Part shown: in pieces, positions 43,338-54,061 of the stretch
Numbering within the stretch: position 1 is the first letter of the stretch
Layout of the letters: each line of letters starts with the position of its first letter
Source: an uncultured Rivularia sp.
Lineage (GTDB): Bacteria > Cyanobacteriota > Cyanobacteriia > Cyanobacteriales > Nostocaceae
Assembly: GCA_963665115.1 (NCBI GenBank)
Contig: OY762007.1
Span: forward strand, 1,248,001-1,312,000
Direction: 5' to 3'
DNA: 64,000 bases
Translations under genes and position numbers: made by a program
Notes under the pieces: generated by a model
Database searches by the model: none
Told to the model about the DNA's origin: nothing
The model's input: the letters and a program-made list of their open reading frames with translations, nothing else

Positions 43338-45578
43338 ATGCAGAGCCTGTTAAAAAAGAAAATCTGGCAATGGCGTAATGTCTTAATTACTGCTCCGAGT
43401 GCTACAGCTATTGTTCTGTTGCTACGTTTCAGTGGACTGCTACAGATGCTGGAATTAGCTGCATTTGACCAATTATTTATACGGCGTTTGTCAGAAAAGC
43501 CGGATGAACGAATTGTAATTGTAGATATTGATGAGAAAACTGTAACTAAGTTAGGCTACCCAATTGCAGATAAAAAGCTAGCTCAAATTTTAGAGAATAT
43601 AAAGCAGCACAAACCACGGGCAATTGGGCTTGATATTTACCGGGATATACCAGTCGGTGAAGGTTATGATTCTCTAGTCAAAATATTTGAATCTACACCA
43701 AACTTAGTAGGAGTACAGAAAGTAGTTGAAAGTGCAGATAGTTCTGCTGTCAATCCACCACCAGCATTAAAAAAACTAGATCGAGTAGGAGCAAATGACT
43801 TAGCGATTGATGGAGATGGTAAAATTCGTCGCAGCTTTTTCTATTTGTCAGATAAAAAAGGTAATAGTGTATTCAGCTTTTCATTTAAACTTGCTTATCT
43901 TTACCTTGAAGACATGAAAATTAAAGTAGAACAGTTAGAGAATGATTCGATCAAAGTTGGTAAAGTTATATTCAAACCTTTCGCTAGTAATGATGGTGGT
44001 TATGTTCGCGTCTCAGACAAAGGTTTTCAGGTTCTAATAAATTACCGTGGAGATATAAAAAAGTTTCAGAGGGTATCTATATTAGATGTTTTAGAGAATC
44101 GAGTTGATGAAAAGCTGATACGCGGACGCATTGTACTTGTAGGTTCAACAACATCAAGCCTCAAAGATATATTTTATACACCTTATAGCAGTACTCTTTT
44201 CAGAATTCCCAGACGCATGGCTGGAGTCACGATTCATGCTAATGCTATCAGTCAAATATTAAATGCCGAATTAGAAAATCGTCCGGTAATTAAAACTTGG
44301 AATTGGCTATTTGGATTTGTGTGGATTTATATTTGGTCTTTACTGGGAGCTACATTAATATGGCTGCTTAGGTCAAGTAAGCTAAAGATAATACCTCCAT
44401 TTAGTCTTTTTTTGGCTGGCTCTTGTCTAGTTAGTATTAGTTACCTTGCTTTTATTTACGGTTGGTGGATTCCACTTGTACCGCCAATGTTTGGATTGGT
44501 AGGCTCTGCGGTTGGTGTAACGGCTTATTTAGCTCAAAATGCTAGTAGGATTCGTAAAACCTTTGGACGCTATCTCAATGATGAAGTTGTTGCTAATTTA
44601 CTCGAAAGTCCCGAAGGTCTTAAGTTAGGTGGTCAGCGTCGGAATATAACAATTTTTACTTCAGATTTGCGAGGTTTTACTGCCACTTCGGAACGATTAC
44701 CCGCTGAAGAAGTAATCAAAATCATTAATTTGTACCTGAGATATATGGCAGATGTAATAACCGAATATCACGGAACCATTGATGAGTTTATGGGAGACGG
44801 TATTCTGGTACTTTTCGGCGCACCTACAGCCAGAGAAGACGATGCTACCAGAGCAATCGCTTGTGCTGTAGCGATGCAGCAAGCAATGGAACCAGTCAAT
44901 CAGAAAATCAAAGAAATGGGATTACCTAAATTAGAAATGGGTATCGGTATAAATACTGGGGAAGTCGTAGTAGGAAATATTGGTTCGGAGAAACGGACTA
45001 AGTATGGAATTGTCGGCAAGCAAGTTAATTTAACTTATCGGATTGAATCCTATACAGTTGGGGGACAAATTTTCATTTCTGAATCCACTTTAAAACAAGC
45101 CGACCCAATTGTAAAAATTATCGGAGAGCGGGAAGTCAAACCAAAAGGAGTTCAGAACCCAATAACTATTTATGAAGTGGGTGGAATTGCTGGGGATTAC
45201 AATCTTTATTTGAAGCAAGAAGAAGAAGTATTTTTTACCTTATCACAACCGATCGTATTTGAATATGCGGTTTTAGATGGCAAAGATATTAGTAATACTC
45301 TTCAAGTGGCGAAATTAGTTAAGCTTTCAGAAAATGCCGCAGAAGTTTATATAGATTCCAGTACAGATGAAATTATTTCCATTCCCCAGGCATTAACAAA
45401 TATGAAAATGAATCTATTGATATCTATAAATGAAGCAGAAAAAAGTGGTGACATCTATGCTAAAGTCTTAGAAAAACCAGCAGCAACAACAAATAGTTTT
45501 TACATCCGTTTCACTAATAAACCACCCGAAGTCGAAGCATATTTTGATTTAATGTATAAGTCGATGAAAAAAGCTTAA
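43338..45578 (+). CDS. CHASE2-domain class III adenylate/guanylate cyclase
   Basis: AIGLDIYRD (CHASE2), TM segments, SDLRGFT, DEFMGDG, GIGINTG and VNLTYRIE; likely ATG 43338. Confidence 0.92.
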   Translation: MQSLLKKKIWQWRNVLITAPSATAIVLLLRFSGLLQMLELAAFDQLFIRRLSEKPDERIVIVDIDEKTVTKLGYPIADKKLAQILENIKQHKPRAIGLDIYRDIPVGEGYDSLVKIFESTPNLVGVQKVVESADSSAVNPPPALKKLDRVGANDLAIDGDGKIRRSFFYLSDKKGNSVFSFSFKLAYLYLEDMKIKVEQLENDSIKVGKVIFKPFASNDGGYVRVSDKGFQVLINYRGDIKKFQRVSILDVLENRVDEKLIRGRIVLVGSTTSSLKDIFYTPYSSTLFRIPRRMAGVTIHANAISQILNAELENRPVIKTWNWLFGFVWIYIWSLLGATLIWLLRSSKLKIIPPFSLFLAGSCLVSISYLAFIYGWWIPLVPPMFGLVGSAVGVTAYLAQNASRIRKTFGRYLNDEVVANLLESPEGLKLGGQRRNITIFTSDLRGFTATSERLPAEEVIKIINLYLRYMADVITEYHGTIDEFMGDGILVLFGAPTAREDDATRAIACAVAMQQAMEPVNQKIKEMGLPKLEMGIGINTGEVVVGNIGSEKRTKYGIVGKQVNLTYRIESYTVGGQIFISESTLKQADPIVKIIGEREVKPKGVQNPITIYEVGGIAGDYNLYLKQEEEVFFTLSQPIVFEYAVLDGKDISNTLQVAKLVKLSENAAEVYIDSSTDEIISIPQALTNMKMNLLISINEAEKSGDIYAKVLEKPAATTNSFYIRFTNKPPEVEAYFDLMYKSMKKA

Positions 45579-45830
45579 ATATAGAAAATGGGGCATGGAT
45601 CAAAACAATTCAAAATTATCAATTAAAAAAACGGTCATGCCGCATAGGGCATGGGAAATATAAAATTGCTAATCGAAATAGTGACACGAATTCTAAACAA
45701 TATCTGTTGATTTACTTATAATTGCTATTATCTTGAACAAAATTATCTATAAAAGCTAGGAGAAAGTACTGCAATATAATTACAGTTTTAAAGTATTGTT
45801 TAAGTACTCTTCTAACCCAACCTACAGAAA

Positions 45831-45865
45831 AAATAAAAAAAAAGGGATGCTCATCACAACCCTTT
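45831..45865 (-). terminator. Intrinsic terminator downstream of glbN
   Basis: Minus strand AAAGGGTTGTGATGAGCATCCCTTT followed by a T tract. Confidence 0.65.
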
Positions 45866-45981
45866 GATAAAGATAAAAATCACCATCTACCTAATCTAAT
45901 TTTTTGAGTTACCACACTCCATAATTTTATTTACCGCGATAAAACGGCTTCTTTTCGTGTCTAACCCAACCGACAAAATAC

Positions 45982-46338
45982 TTACTTGTTCAAGATAGAG
46001 CCTTTCAATTTTTCAACTGCTTCCATTGCTGCTTTTGCGTCGTCAGCAGATACTCCAGAACTAGTCATCGAATTACTTAAATGCTTGGTAATCGCATCAA
46101 AATGTGGCTGTTGTAAACCCATTCCGGTGTGTGTTTTGTCCATGCTACGTCCTTTATAGTCTTTGGGACCACCAAGGATTAGAGAAAAGAAACCAATTTG
46201 ATGGTCGCGTTGCTTTTTCATGTCAGTATTGGCAAAAAAGCCACTGACGGTGCTATCTGCCATGATGCGGTTATGAAAATCATCGACCACTTTTTCAATG
46301 GTAGGTTGTCCGCCGATTTTTTCGTATAATGTACTCAT
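45982..46338 (-). CDS. glbN: Group I truncated hemoglobin (cyanoglobin)
   Basis: MSTLYEKIGGQP..TDMKKQRDH..YKGRSMDKTH..LQQPHFDAI..ILNK; 118 aa, closely resembling Nostoc GlbN as I recall it. Confidence 0.9.
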   Translation of the reverse strand: MSTLYEKIGGQPTIEKVVDDFHNRIMADSTVSGFFANTDMKKQRDHQIGFFSLILGGPKDYKGRSMDKTHTGMGLQQPHFDAITKHLSNSMTSSGVSADDAKAAMEAVEKLKGSILNK

Positions 46339-46866
46339 TTCCTGTTCCTTTGAAGCGAATATGTACAGTGTTGAAGTACTAAACTAAACCTCTACTTAGT
46401 AATATTAGAATTTCGACTCTATGACTAAAGTTTTGATTCAATGAATCACTACTTTGAGTTGCTATTGAGATTAGAAATTCCCAGTCGCTAAGTTAAAGCT
46501 TAGTAGTTTTTACTAGATTTAATTTGTCGATTACTGCATATTTTGGAGTTTTACAGTATCGTATTCCCAGATAATTACCAAGGACTTTTCTTTGCAAAAT
46601 TCTTGGGTTTTATGCTGACCTAATTACCCTATCGCATCATCGAAATATTGACGACAGTAAGGCTGTGGTGTTCATTTTATCGGTATACGTATTTTGCTAT
46701 AGTTCGAGTCAGCAAAAGCATTGATTTGCAAGCGAATAGTGCATTCTGCAAGCAAAATAGTTTCAATAAAAGTTAAACTTAATTTAATATTTGGAATTTT
46801 AAATCAACAAAACAAAGTTTGTCAGTCACAAATAAGAACTAGTATATTGTTAGTATTCCTTCCCCA

Positions 46867-46899
46867 AAATAAAAAAGGGCTGCTCATCACAACCCTTTT
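46867..46899 (-). terminator. Intrinsic terminator downstream of DUF4870 gene
   Basis: Minus strand AAAAGGGTTGTGATGAGCAGCCCTTTTTTATTT; near-identical to 45831-45865. Confidence 0.65.
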
Positions 46900-46929
46900 C
46901 AAAAAAACCTTCTGATTAAGTTGAAGCGA

Positions 46930-47308
46930 TTAAAACAATCGAAAAATAAACGGATAACGGAAACGGCTCATCTGGATTGCCAAAACAGTGCAATAAAGCC
47001 ATAATCGTCAATCCCCAATGCAGTAGAAAACCAAACGCAACTACTGGGAAAAATATAATTCCACCAATACCAAAAGTTAGGAAAGATAAAATCCCGATTG
47101 GTACTCCAATTAGAGTTGCCCAAAACCAAACATTAAGGTGAAAATTAATTGATTCTTTGGCACTACCTTTAACAACTGGATCGTCGGAAGTAAAATAAAT
47201 GGCAATTGGAACGCCGATAGAAAATATTGTTGTACTAAAGAAAATCGCCCCATGACACAAACTAGATAGCAGTTTACGCTTATCAGAATTAAATGTACCT
47301 TCTTGCAT
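46930..47308 (-). CDS. DUF4870 (Tic20-like) membrane protein (apparent +1 frameshift at ~46959-46963)
   Basis: LSSLCHGAIF..AKESINFH. Removing one base gives PFRYPFIFRLF*. Confidence 0.8.
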
Positions 47309-47625
47309 CTGTTGGGTTCCTTAACTTGTAATATATTTAAATTCTAACGTTTATATTATCAGATTCGTATTGAAGTTTACCGTAAATCAGCCATTCTTCC
47401 CGATTCTCTTTATTTAATTAGGCTTTTAACAACTATTTAAGAGCAGTTTATGAGGTTTACCGAACCTTATAGCGGTTAAATCCACCAATAATAAGTGGGA
47501 TGGGCTTTGCTGGCACGTCTTAATTCATTCGATAATGTTGCATACTGATATTGGCTTAGTGGTTATAGGCATATATATTTATATAAAACTAGCACTGGTT
47601 ATAAATTAAACATCAGGTAATTATT

Positions 47626-48759
47626 TTGAACGCTAATACAGACACAGTTTTGAATAACCATTATGAAATTGCCAGTCGATTTGAAATACCGGGCAAAGTT
47701 ATCAAAGTTGAAGCATTTGGGCATGGCAACATCAACGGCACTTTTCTTGTTACCTTGGATTCTACAGAAGAAAAGCATTTCATTTTACAAAGCATCAATC
47801 AAAGCGTGTTTCACAAACCCGAATTGGTAATGCGGAATATAAGTACTTTTACCAATCATGCCCATCAACGTTTGCAAGATTCTCCCCTTACCTCGAATCG
47901 CCGTTGGGAAGTACCAAAAGTATTGTTAACTCAAAATAATCAAGACCATTTTATTGATACTGACAATTCATTCTGGCGGGCAATTGGTTTTATTGATAAC
48001 GCTGAAACTTTTGACACTATTATAGATAACAAACACGCGAGTGAAGTTGGTTATGCTCTGGGAATGTTTCATAATCTGATCGGCGATTTACCTGTAGATA
48101 AATTAGCTGATACTCTACCGGGATTTCACGTTACACCGATTTATTTAGAGCAATACGAAAATGTAGAAACGCAATATAATAAGTCCTTAAAATCTCCCGA
48201 AGTTGAATATTGCTTGCAATTTATTGATAACCGTAAAACTTGGGCCAGCATCTTAGAAAATGCTCAAATGCAAGAACGTCTGTGTTTGCGTCCCATCCAC
48301 GGCGATCCGAAAGTAAATAACGTAATGATTGACACCCGCAATGGAAAAGCTATCAGTATTATTGATTTAGATACCGTTAAACCGGGATTAGTGCATTACG
48401 ATATTGGAGATTGTTTGCGCTCTGGTTGTAATCCTTTAGGAGAAGAAACCGAATATTGGCAGACGGTAACTTTCAATACTGATATTTGCGAGTCACTTTT
48501 GGGCAGTTATCTTTCAGTAGCAAAAGAATTTCTTACTGAAAGCGACTATATATATATGTATGATGCGATTCGTTTGATTGCTTTTGAATTAGGGTTGCGG
48601 TTTTTTACAGATTATTTGGCGGGTAATGTTTACTTTAAAGTTAAATATCCAGAACACAATCTTTCTAGGGCTTTAGTACAGTTTAAGCTGACTGAAAGTA
48701 TTGAAATGCAAGAAAGTGCGATTCGGAAAATTATCTCAAGTTTTAGTAATAGAAAATGA
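47626..48759 (+). CDS. Aminoglycoside-phosphotransferase-fold kinase (N-acetylhexosamine kinase-like)
   Basis: GHGNINGTF, IHGDPKVNN, IDLDTV, YDIGDCLRS and RFFTDYLAGNVYFK motifs. Confidence 0.85.
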   Translation: MNANTDTVLNNHYEIASRFEIPGKVIKVEAFGHGNINGTFLVTLDSTEEKHFILQSINQSVFHKPELVMRNISTFTNHAHQRLQDSPLTSNRRWEVPKVLLTQNNQDHFIDTDNSFWRAIGFIDNAETFDTIIDNKHASEVGYALGMFHNLIGDLPVDKLADTLPGFHVTPIYLEQYENVETQYNKSLKSPEVEYCLQFIDNRKTWASILENAQMQERLCLRPIHGDPKVNNVMIDTRNGKAISIIDLDTVKPGLVHYDIGDCLRSGCNPLGEETEYWQTVTFNTDICESLLGSYLSVAKEFLTESDYIYMYDAIRLIAFELGLRFFTDYLAGNVYFKVKYPEHNLSRALVQFKLTESIEMQESAIRKIISSFSNRK

Positions 48760-49295
48760 ATAAAATGAAAAAACATACTTTTTCCCTACAACCATTTCAA
48801 CAGACAAAAACTGATTTGCAAATTACAGGTGAAATCATTCGAGATAATAATATATTAACTGTTCATTATCGGCTCAAAGGCGATTTAGGAGAAATTGAAA
48901 TACCGACTGTAGAAAAACTTCCAATGCGTAAAAATGAGTTATGGGAAACAAGTTGCTTTGAACTTTTTTTAGGAATCAAAGATACTCCTATTTATTGGGA
49001 ATTCAACCTTTCGCCAAGTGGAGATTGGAATATATATTTTTTTGAGAGCTACCGACAATCAATGCAGTTAGAGAATAAAGTTGAATCTCTTCCATTTAAT
49101 ATTTTGCGCGATTCTAATGCTTTGTATTTAGGATTGGAATTTAATCTAGACTGCTTATCTATAGTAGAAAACCTTGATGTTTCTATTACTACTGTAATTA
49201 AAAGCAAAGAAGGTGATATTAGTTACTGGGCGCTGAAACATTGTGGGGAAGAAGCAGATTTTCATTTGAGGGATAGTTTTTTGTTAGATATCTAA
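48756..49295 (+). CDS. DOMON-like domain protein
   Basis: LWETSCFELF, YWEFNLSPSGDWN, YWALKH..ADFH; overlaps kinase stop (ATGA). Confidence 0.8.
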   Translation: MNKMKKHTFSLQPFQQTKTDLQITGEIIRDNNILTVHYRLKGDLGEIEIPTVEKLPMRKNELWETSCFELFLGIKDTPIYWEFNLSPSGDWNIYFFESYRQSMQLENKVESLPFNILRDSNALYLGLEFNLDCLSIVENLDVSITTVIKSKEGDISYWALKHCGEEADFHLRDSFLLDI

Positions 49296-49298
49296 CAA

Positions 49299-50270
49299 TC
49301 AACCACCAAACATTCTATCAATATCATCCCCTACTGAAGCACCGTGACGTGAGTTAACCCGCAAGGATGTTTGATTTGCAGACAAATTGTAAGTTAAAGG
49401 TTGAGTTTGAAATAAATTTTCTTTTCCTTCCTCTATCAAACTTTCAACCGGATACTTTGTCATTACAGTTTTGATTGCTACAACTCTTTCTTTAATAGTG
49501 GGATGGTTTTGATCAAATTTAACTCCCGCAGTACGATTGAGTACCGCCATTGCACGCAAACATCCTTGTCGATCGAAACCTGCTTTGACAGAAGCAAGAT
49601 AAGCAATTTTATCGGCTTCAAATTCATTTTCTCGGTTTTGTTTTTCGATGTTTTCTTGTAATCCTGCCGTCTTTTTCTCTACTATTGCGTTGATACGTCT
49701 TTGCTGTTTCCTAAATCTTCTGCTGCTTCGATTATCTAAAACACCGTTAACAACAGTACCAATAGTTCCTCCAATTACCCGTCTGACAACAAAATCACCG
49801 ACTGCTGCAACTGGAGAGGTTTTTCTTTTTCTATTTAAAACTTGTGCTATTGCTTCTTCTCTAAATTGAGCAACCTTATCTGCTTTTTCTACGTTGCTTA
49901 TAACTTGATGCCGTTGCTTATGGTGTGCCATTTCATGACTAATCATACAGGCTAGAGCCGAAGCATCACCACCTAATTGTTCCAACGCACCATTGTAGAT
50001 AGGTATCAAATTGGCATTCCTTGCAAAGGCATGAGTATCATATTTAGCAATGCGAACAACCTGCCAAGGACGGGTATCGTATTCATTCGCACGCGCTAAT
50101 CTATCAACTATACGGTAAAGCGCGTAAAAGTCTGGGGGCAATTGTGTTTTAGCGTTTTGGTAAATAGATTTACTATCAGAAGTCGCTTCTGCTTTGGCGA
50201 TAAGGTTAGCTGGGAATAGTAGGCATAAGCAAGCTAAAGTAGCTGGTAACTTAGTTTTTAATATACTCAT
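49299..50270 (-). CDS. Secreted M48-family metallopeptidase
   Basis: Signal peptide; HEMAH; EFEAD; HP..ER. Confidence 0.85.
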   Translation of the reverse strand: MSILKTKLPATLACLCLLFPANLIAKAEATSDSKSIYQNAKTQLPPDFYALYRIVDRLARANEYDTRPWQVVRIAKYDTHAFARNANLIPIYNGALEQLGGDASALACMISHEMAHHKQRHQVISNVEKADKVAQFREEAIAQVLNRKRKTSPVAAVGDFVVRRVIGGTIGTVVNGVLDNRSSRRFRKQQRRINAIVEKKTAGLQENIEKQNRENEFEADKIAYLASVKAGFDRQGCLRAMAVLNRTAGVKFDQNHPTIKERVVAIKTVMTKYPVESLIEEGKENLFQTQPLTYNLSANQTSLRVNSRHGASVGDDIDRMFGG

Positions 50271-50409
50271 TGATACTATGTAAGTTTTTAATAGACGTTA
50301 TCTTTATAGCTTTATTTTATTGAAATAATTACAGTAAATGTGTACGTGTAATTACTTAAAAGATACATTAGAATTATTTGTTGCGGGAGAATTTTGCTCG
50401 CTTGTTATT

Positions 50410-50645
50410 AGCAGGGAGCGAGATTTTCTTTTAAGCAGGGAGCGAGATTTTCTTTTAAGCAGGGAGCGAGATTTTCTTTTAAGCAGGGAGCGAGATTTTT
50501 TTTAAGCAGGGAGCGAGATTTTTTTTAAGCAGGGAGCGAGATTTTTTTTAAGCAGGGAGCGAGATTTTTTTTAAGCAGGGAGCGAGATTTTTTTTAAGCA
50601 GGGAGCGAGATTTTTTTTAAGCAGGGAGCGAGACGCTCCCACTAC
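50410..50645. repeat. Tandem array of 10 x 23-24 bp units derived from a REP arm
   Basis: AGCAGGGAGCGAGA units at 50410, 50434, 50458, 50482, 50505, 50528, 50551, 50574, 50597 and 50620; the last completes the hairpin GGGAGCGAGACGCTCCC. Confidence 0.95.
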
Positions 50646-50671
50646 TAAGAATTTTAGACAAAACCGAGAGG

Positions 50672-51280
50672 GTGTTAATCTACGATAAAATTCTTCGTAA
50701 ACTCAACACATCATTCCAATGCCTAAATTGCCCCCAAAAGACTACATTCAAACCGTTTCCTTTTCCCACCGAGATTAATTTGCAACCCATCGGAGTAGTG
50801 CGATCGCCATACAAGGAAAGACATGGAACCCCCAGACAGTCGCAACTCCAAGCCGCACCGTCAACTTATCAACCTGCGATCGCACAAATCGAACTTTTCG
50901 ACAGCATACCGAAAGAAGCACTCAAAGATATGGAAGGCTTCGAGCGGATTTGGGTAATTGCATGGTTGCACTTAAATAAACATTGGAATCCTACCGTAAT
51001 TATTCCACGCGGCCCGCGCATTCGCCGAGGTACTTTAGCAACTCGTGCCCCCCATCGCCCCAACCCTATTGGGCTTAGCGCACCTAAATTAATAAAAATA
51101 GAAGGCTTAGTTTTATATGTAGAAGGAATTGATTTACTCGATAACACCCCAGTATTAGATATTAAACCTTATGTTAATTATTGCGATGCTTTCCCCAATG
51201 CAAAATGCGGTTATGTTGATGAAATAGAAGACGCTTCCCAACATGAAACAGATGTGTTTGGAAAAACAAACCCGAAGTAG
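50672..51280 (+). CDS. tsaA: tRNA (t6A37-N6)-methyltransferase TrmO/TsaA family
   Basis: PIGVVRSPY, TPRQ, ATRAPHRPNPIGLS and DLLDNTPVLDIKPY motifs. Confidence 0.88.
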   Translation: MLIYDKILRKLNTSFQCLNCPQKTTFKPFPFPTEINLQPIGVVRSPYKERHGTPRQSQLQAAPSTYQPAIAQIELFDSIPKEALKDMEGFERIWVIAWLHLNKHWNPTVIIPRGPRIRRGTLATRAPHRPNPIGLSAPKLIKIEGLVLYVEGIDLLDNTPVLDIKPYVNYCDAFPNAKCGYVDEIEDASQHETDVFGKTNPK

Positions 51281-51379
51281 ATTTTAGATTTTGGATTTTG
51301 GATTTAAAAAGTTTAGGATTACTTAACACATAAATCAAAAACTCTGCGTTCCTTTGTATTTCAAAAATATTATCCTAAA

Positions 51380-52456
51380 TCAATTCGACAAACGCCATAC
51401 CTTAATCGATTTATTGCCACTACTGCTAACAATAATTTTCCCATCTTGACTAAAAGCAATAGCATTAACTCCCCCTTGTTTAGCAGAAAGAGTACGCAAC
51501 TTTTTCCCCGTCTCTATATCCCACAAAGTAATCTCATATGCATAACCACCGCTAGCAAAAGTTTTACCATCCGGGCTAATAGCTACAGTATCAACAGCAC
51601 CAATACCAACCGAGAAATTATGAACTAATTTACCCGTTTCCAGATTCCATACTTTAATATTCTTCCCATCAGTTTCTTTAATTGATTGATGGCTATCGTC
51701 ATAACCGCTGTTGACAAGAGTTTTACCGTCATTACTAACAGCGAGAGACGAAACAGCAGATGCTTTTTGAAAGTCTGAATAAGGATCTTCTGGCTTTGGT
51801 GGCGTTAAAGTTTTTAGCAGCTTTCCTGTAGAAGAATCAAATAACTGAATCGTACCGTCGTTATTACCGCTAAATAACGTTTTCCCATCCGCACTCATTG
51901 CTAAAGAAACAGTTTCAGCTTTTAAAGTGCGTTGTAATTCTCCAGTTTTCAGATTCCAAAATTTAATAGTTTTATCTGCATTTGCACTAATTAAATTTTC
52001 TCCATCAGGACTAATTGCTATTGATGTCACTGCGGCTTTACTTTTATCTAAAGTACGCAGTAATTCTCCAGTTTTCAAATTCCAATTTTTGACTGTATTA
52101 TCATTACTAGCACTGGCTAATGTTTGTCCGTCGGGAGTAATTGCCACAGATGTTACTGCTTCTTTGTGCCCTTCTAAAGTTTTAATTAATTTACCAGTTT
52201 TCAAATTCCATAATTTGACTGTATTATCATAACTTCCGCTAACTAAAGTTTCTCCGTTGGGAGTAATTGCTATTGCTTGAACAGATTCAGAATGTCCTGA
52301 TAAAGTAAAAATTACTTGGTTAACTGGCTGTTGTTTGCTAACAGGTTTTGGAAAAGATTCTGCTTTTGTTGAAGATGGGCGATTTGTGCAAGCAATATTG
52401 AATGTACTTAAAGCAATTATTGTTAGTATTTTTAAGTATTTAAATTTTACTTTCAT
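51380..52456 (-). CDS. WD40-repeat lipoprotein
   Basis: NIAC lipobox-like; 7 GH..V..AI.PDG..L.SGS.D.T.K.W repeats. Confidence 0.9.
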   Translation of the reverse strand: MKVKFKYLKILTIIALSTFNIACTNRPSSTKAESFPKPVSKQQPVNQVIFTLSGHSESVQAIAITPNGETLVSGSYDNTVKLWNLKTGKLIKTLEGHKEAVTSVAITPDGQTLASASNDNTVKNWNLKTGELLRTLDKSKAAVTSIAISPDGENLISANADKTIKFWNLKTGELQRTLKAETVSLAMSADGKTLFSGNNDGTIQLFDSSTGKLLKTLTPPKPEDPYSDFQKASAVSSLAVSNDGKTLVNSGYDDSHQSIKETDGKNIKVWNLETGKLVHNFSVGIGAVDTVAISPDGKTFASGGYAYEITLWDIETGKKLRTLSAKQGGVNAIAFSQDGKIIVSSSGNKSIKVWRLSN

Positions 52457-52539
52457 TATTTAAAGAAAGAATATTTATAGATATATTGACTTTTTTGAAT
52501 TATATTCGGTTCCATTGCTGCATTTTATTCAAGAATCGC

Positions 52540-52683
52540 CCTCACCCTCGAAGGGTGGGGCTACCCAAACAAAGCCCACCTGCGTGGGCTAACAATTCTC
52601 TTCTTGTAGCCCACGCAGGTGGGCTTCGTAGTATTAGCCCCAGGCTTACAGCCTGCGGGCTTTTTGCGAAATTGAGATGCTCC
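52540..52683. repeat. REP-like palindrome cluster (AGCCCACCTGCGTGGGCT family)
   Basis: Paired hairpins at 52573-52590 and 52608-52625; related copies at ~56420-56435 and 56514-56531. Confidence 0.7.
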
Positions 52684-52766
52684 CATAATCCAAAATCCCT
52701 ATACTTGTTTATTACTCCCAGCAAAGGGATAATTACTCCATTGATTTTGATTCATGGATAGAAACA

Positions 52767-53936
52767 ATGGAGTACGATTTTCAACAGCTAGCTCAACTTT
52801 ATAAAAACACTCTCCTCAACGATGTGCTGCCATTTTGGGAAAACCATTCAATAGACTGGGAACAAGGCGGTTATTTTACTTGTTTGGATAGAACTGGTAA
52901 AGTCTTTGATACCGATAAATTTATTTGGTTGCAAAACCGTCAGGTATGGTTGTTTTCCATGCTTTGCAACCAGTTGGAGAAGCGGGAAGATTGGTTGAAA
53001 ATTGCTGCAAACGGTGCAAATTTCCTTGCAGAAAACGGACGAGATGAGAGCAGTAACTGGTATTTTTCTCTTACCCGCGAAGGTAAACCGTTAATACAAC
53101 CTTACAATATTTTTTCCGATTGTTTTGCGGCAATGGCTTTTAGTCAATATGCTCTTGCTTCCGGTGAAGAATCGGCAAAAGAAGTTGCATTACAAGCTTA
53201 TAATAACGTTTTACGTCGTCAAGAAAATCCCAAAGGTAAATATAATAAAGCCTATCCCGGTACTCGTGCGATGAAATCTTTAGCAGTACCGATGATTTTA
53301 GCGAATTTGTCTTTAGAAATGGCTTGGTTATTGAAAGATGATACGCTACAACAAGTTTTAGATAAAACTGTCGAAGAAGTAATGGGTGATTTCCTCGATA
53401 AAAAACGGGGATTAATGTTTGAAAATGTTGCTCCCGATGCTTCCCATATTGATTGTTTTGAAGGCAGGTTAATTAACCCCGGACACGGTATTGAAGCAAT
53501 GTGGTTTATGATGGATATTGCTCAACGTCGTGGTAACAAAGAATTAATTAATCGAGCCGTTGATGTGACGTTGAATATTATTAATTATTCGTGGGATAAA
53601 AAGCACGGTGGCTTGTATTATTTCATGGATGCGGATGGTAATCCACCGCAACAATTAGAATGGGATCAAAAATTGTGGTGGGTACATTTAGAATCTTTGG
53701 TAGCTTTAGCAATGGGTTATCGTTTGACAGGAAGAAAGGAATGTTGGGAATGGTATAAGAAAATGCATGATTATACTTGGGCACATTTTGCCGATGCTGA
53801 ATATGGGGAATGGTTTGGTTATTTGAATCGTCGGGGGGAAGTGTTGTTGAATTTGAAAGGTGGTAAGTGGAAGGGTTGTTTTCACGTTCCCAGGGCTATG
53901 TATATGTGTTGGTTGCAGTTTGAGGGGTTGGGGTAA
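52767..53936 (+). CDS. N-acylglucosamine 2-epimerase (AGE family)
   Basis: [35 protein letters not shown] and KGCFHVPR motifs. Confidence 0.92.
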   Translation: MEYDFQQLAQLYKNTLLNDVLPFWENHSIDWEQGGYFTCLDRTGKVFDTDKFIWLQNRQVWLFSMLCNQLEKREDWLKIAANGANFLAENGRDESSNWYFSLTREGKPLIQPYNIFSDCFAAMAFSQYALASGEESAKEVALQAYNNVLRRQENPKGKYNKAYPGTRAMKSLAVPMILANLSLEMAWLLKDDTLQQVLDKTVEEVMGDFLDKKRGLMFENVAPDASHIDCFEGRLINPGHGIEAMWFMMDIAQRRGNKELINRAVDVTLNIINYSWDKKHGGLYYFMDADGNPPQQLEWDQKLWWVHLESLVALAMGYRLTGRKECWEWYKKMHDYTWAHFADAEYGEWFGYLNRRGEVLLNLKGGKWKGCFHVPRAMYMCWLQFEGLG

Positions 53937-54061
53937 TTGGTAATTGGTAATGGGTAATTGCAGTAATAAACCGCAGAGACGCAGAGAGCGCTGAGGAAGA
54001 GGGGGAGAGAGATATTAAGTGTTAATTTAATAGCGTATCTTTGTTAAATTGAAATGTTCTG

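Noticed and set aside
50410..50645. Possible CRISPR array
   Set aside because: Units are contiguous with only T-tracts between them; no unique spacers.
52486..52761. Small ORFs at 52486-52761, 56525-56725, 59542-59836 and 37799-38113
   Set aside because: They overlap REP/STRR repeats and are not credible genes.
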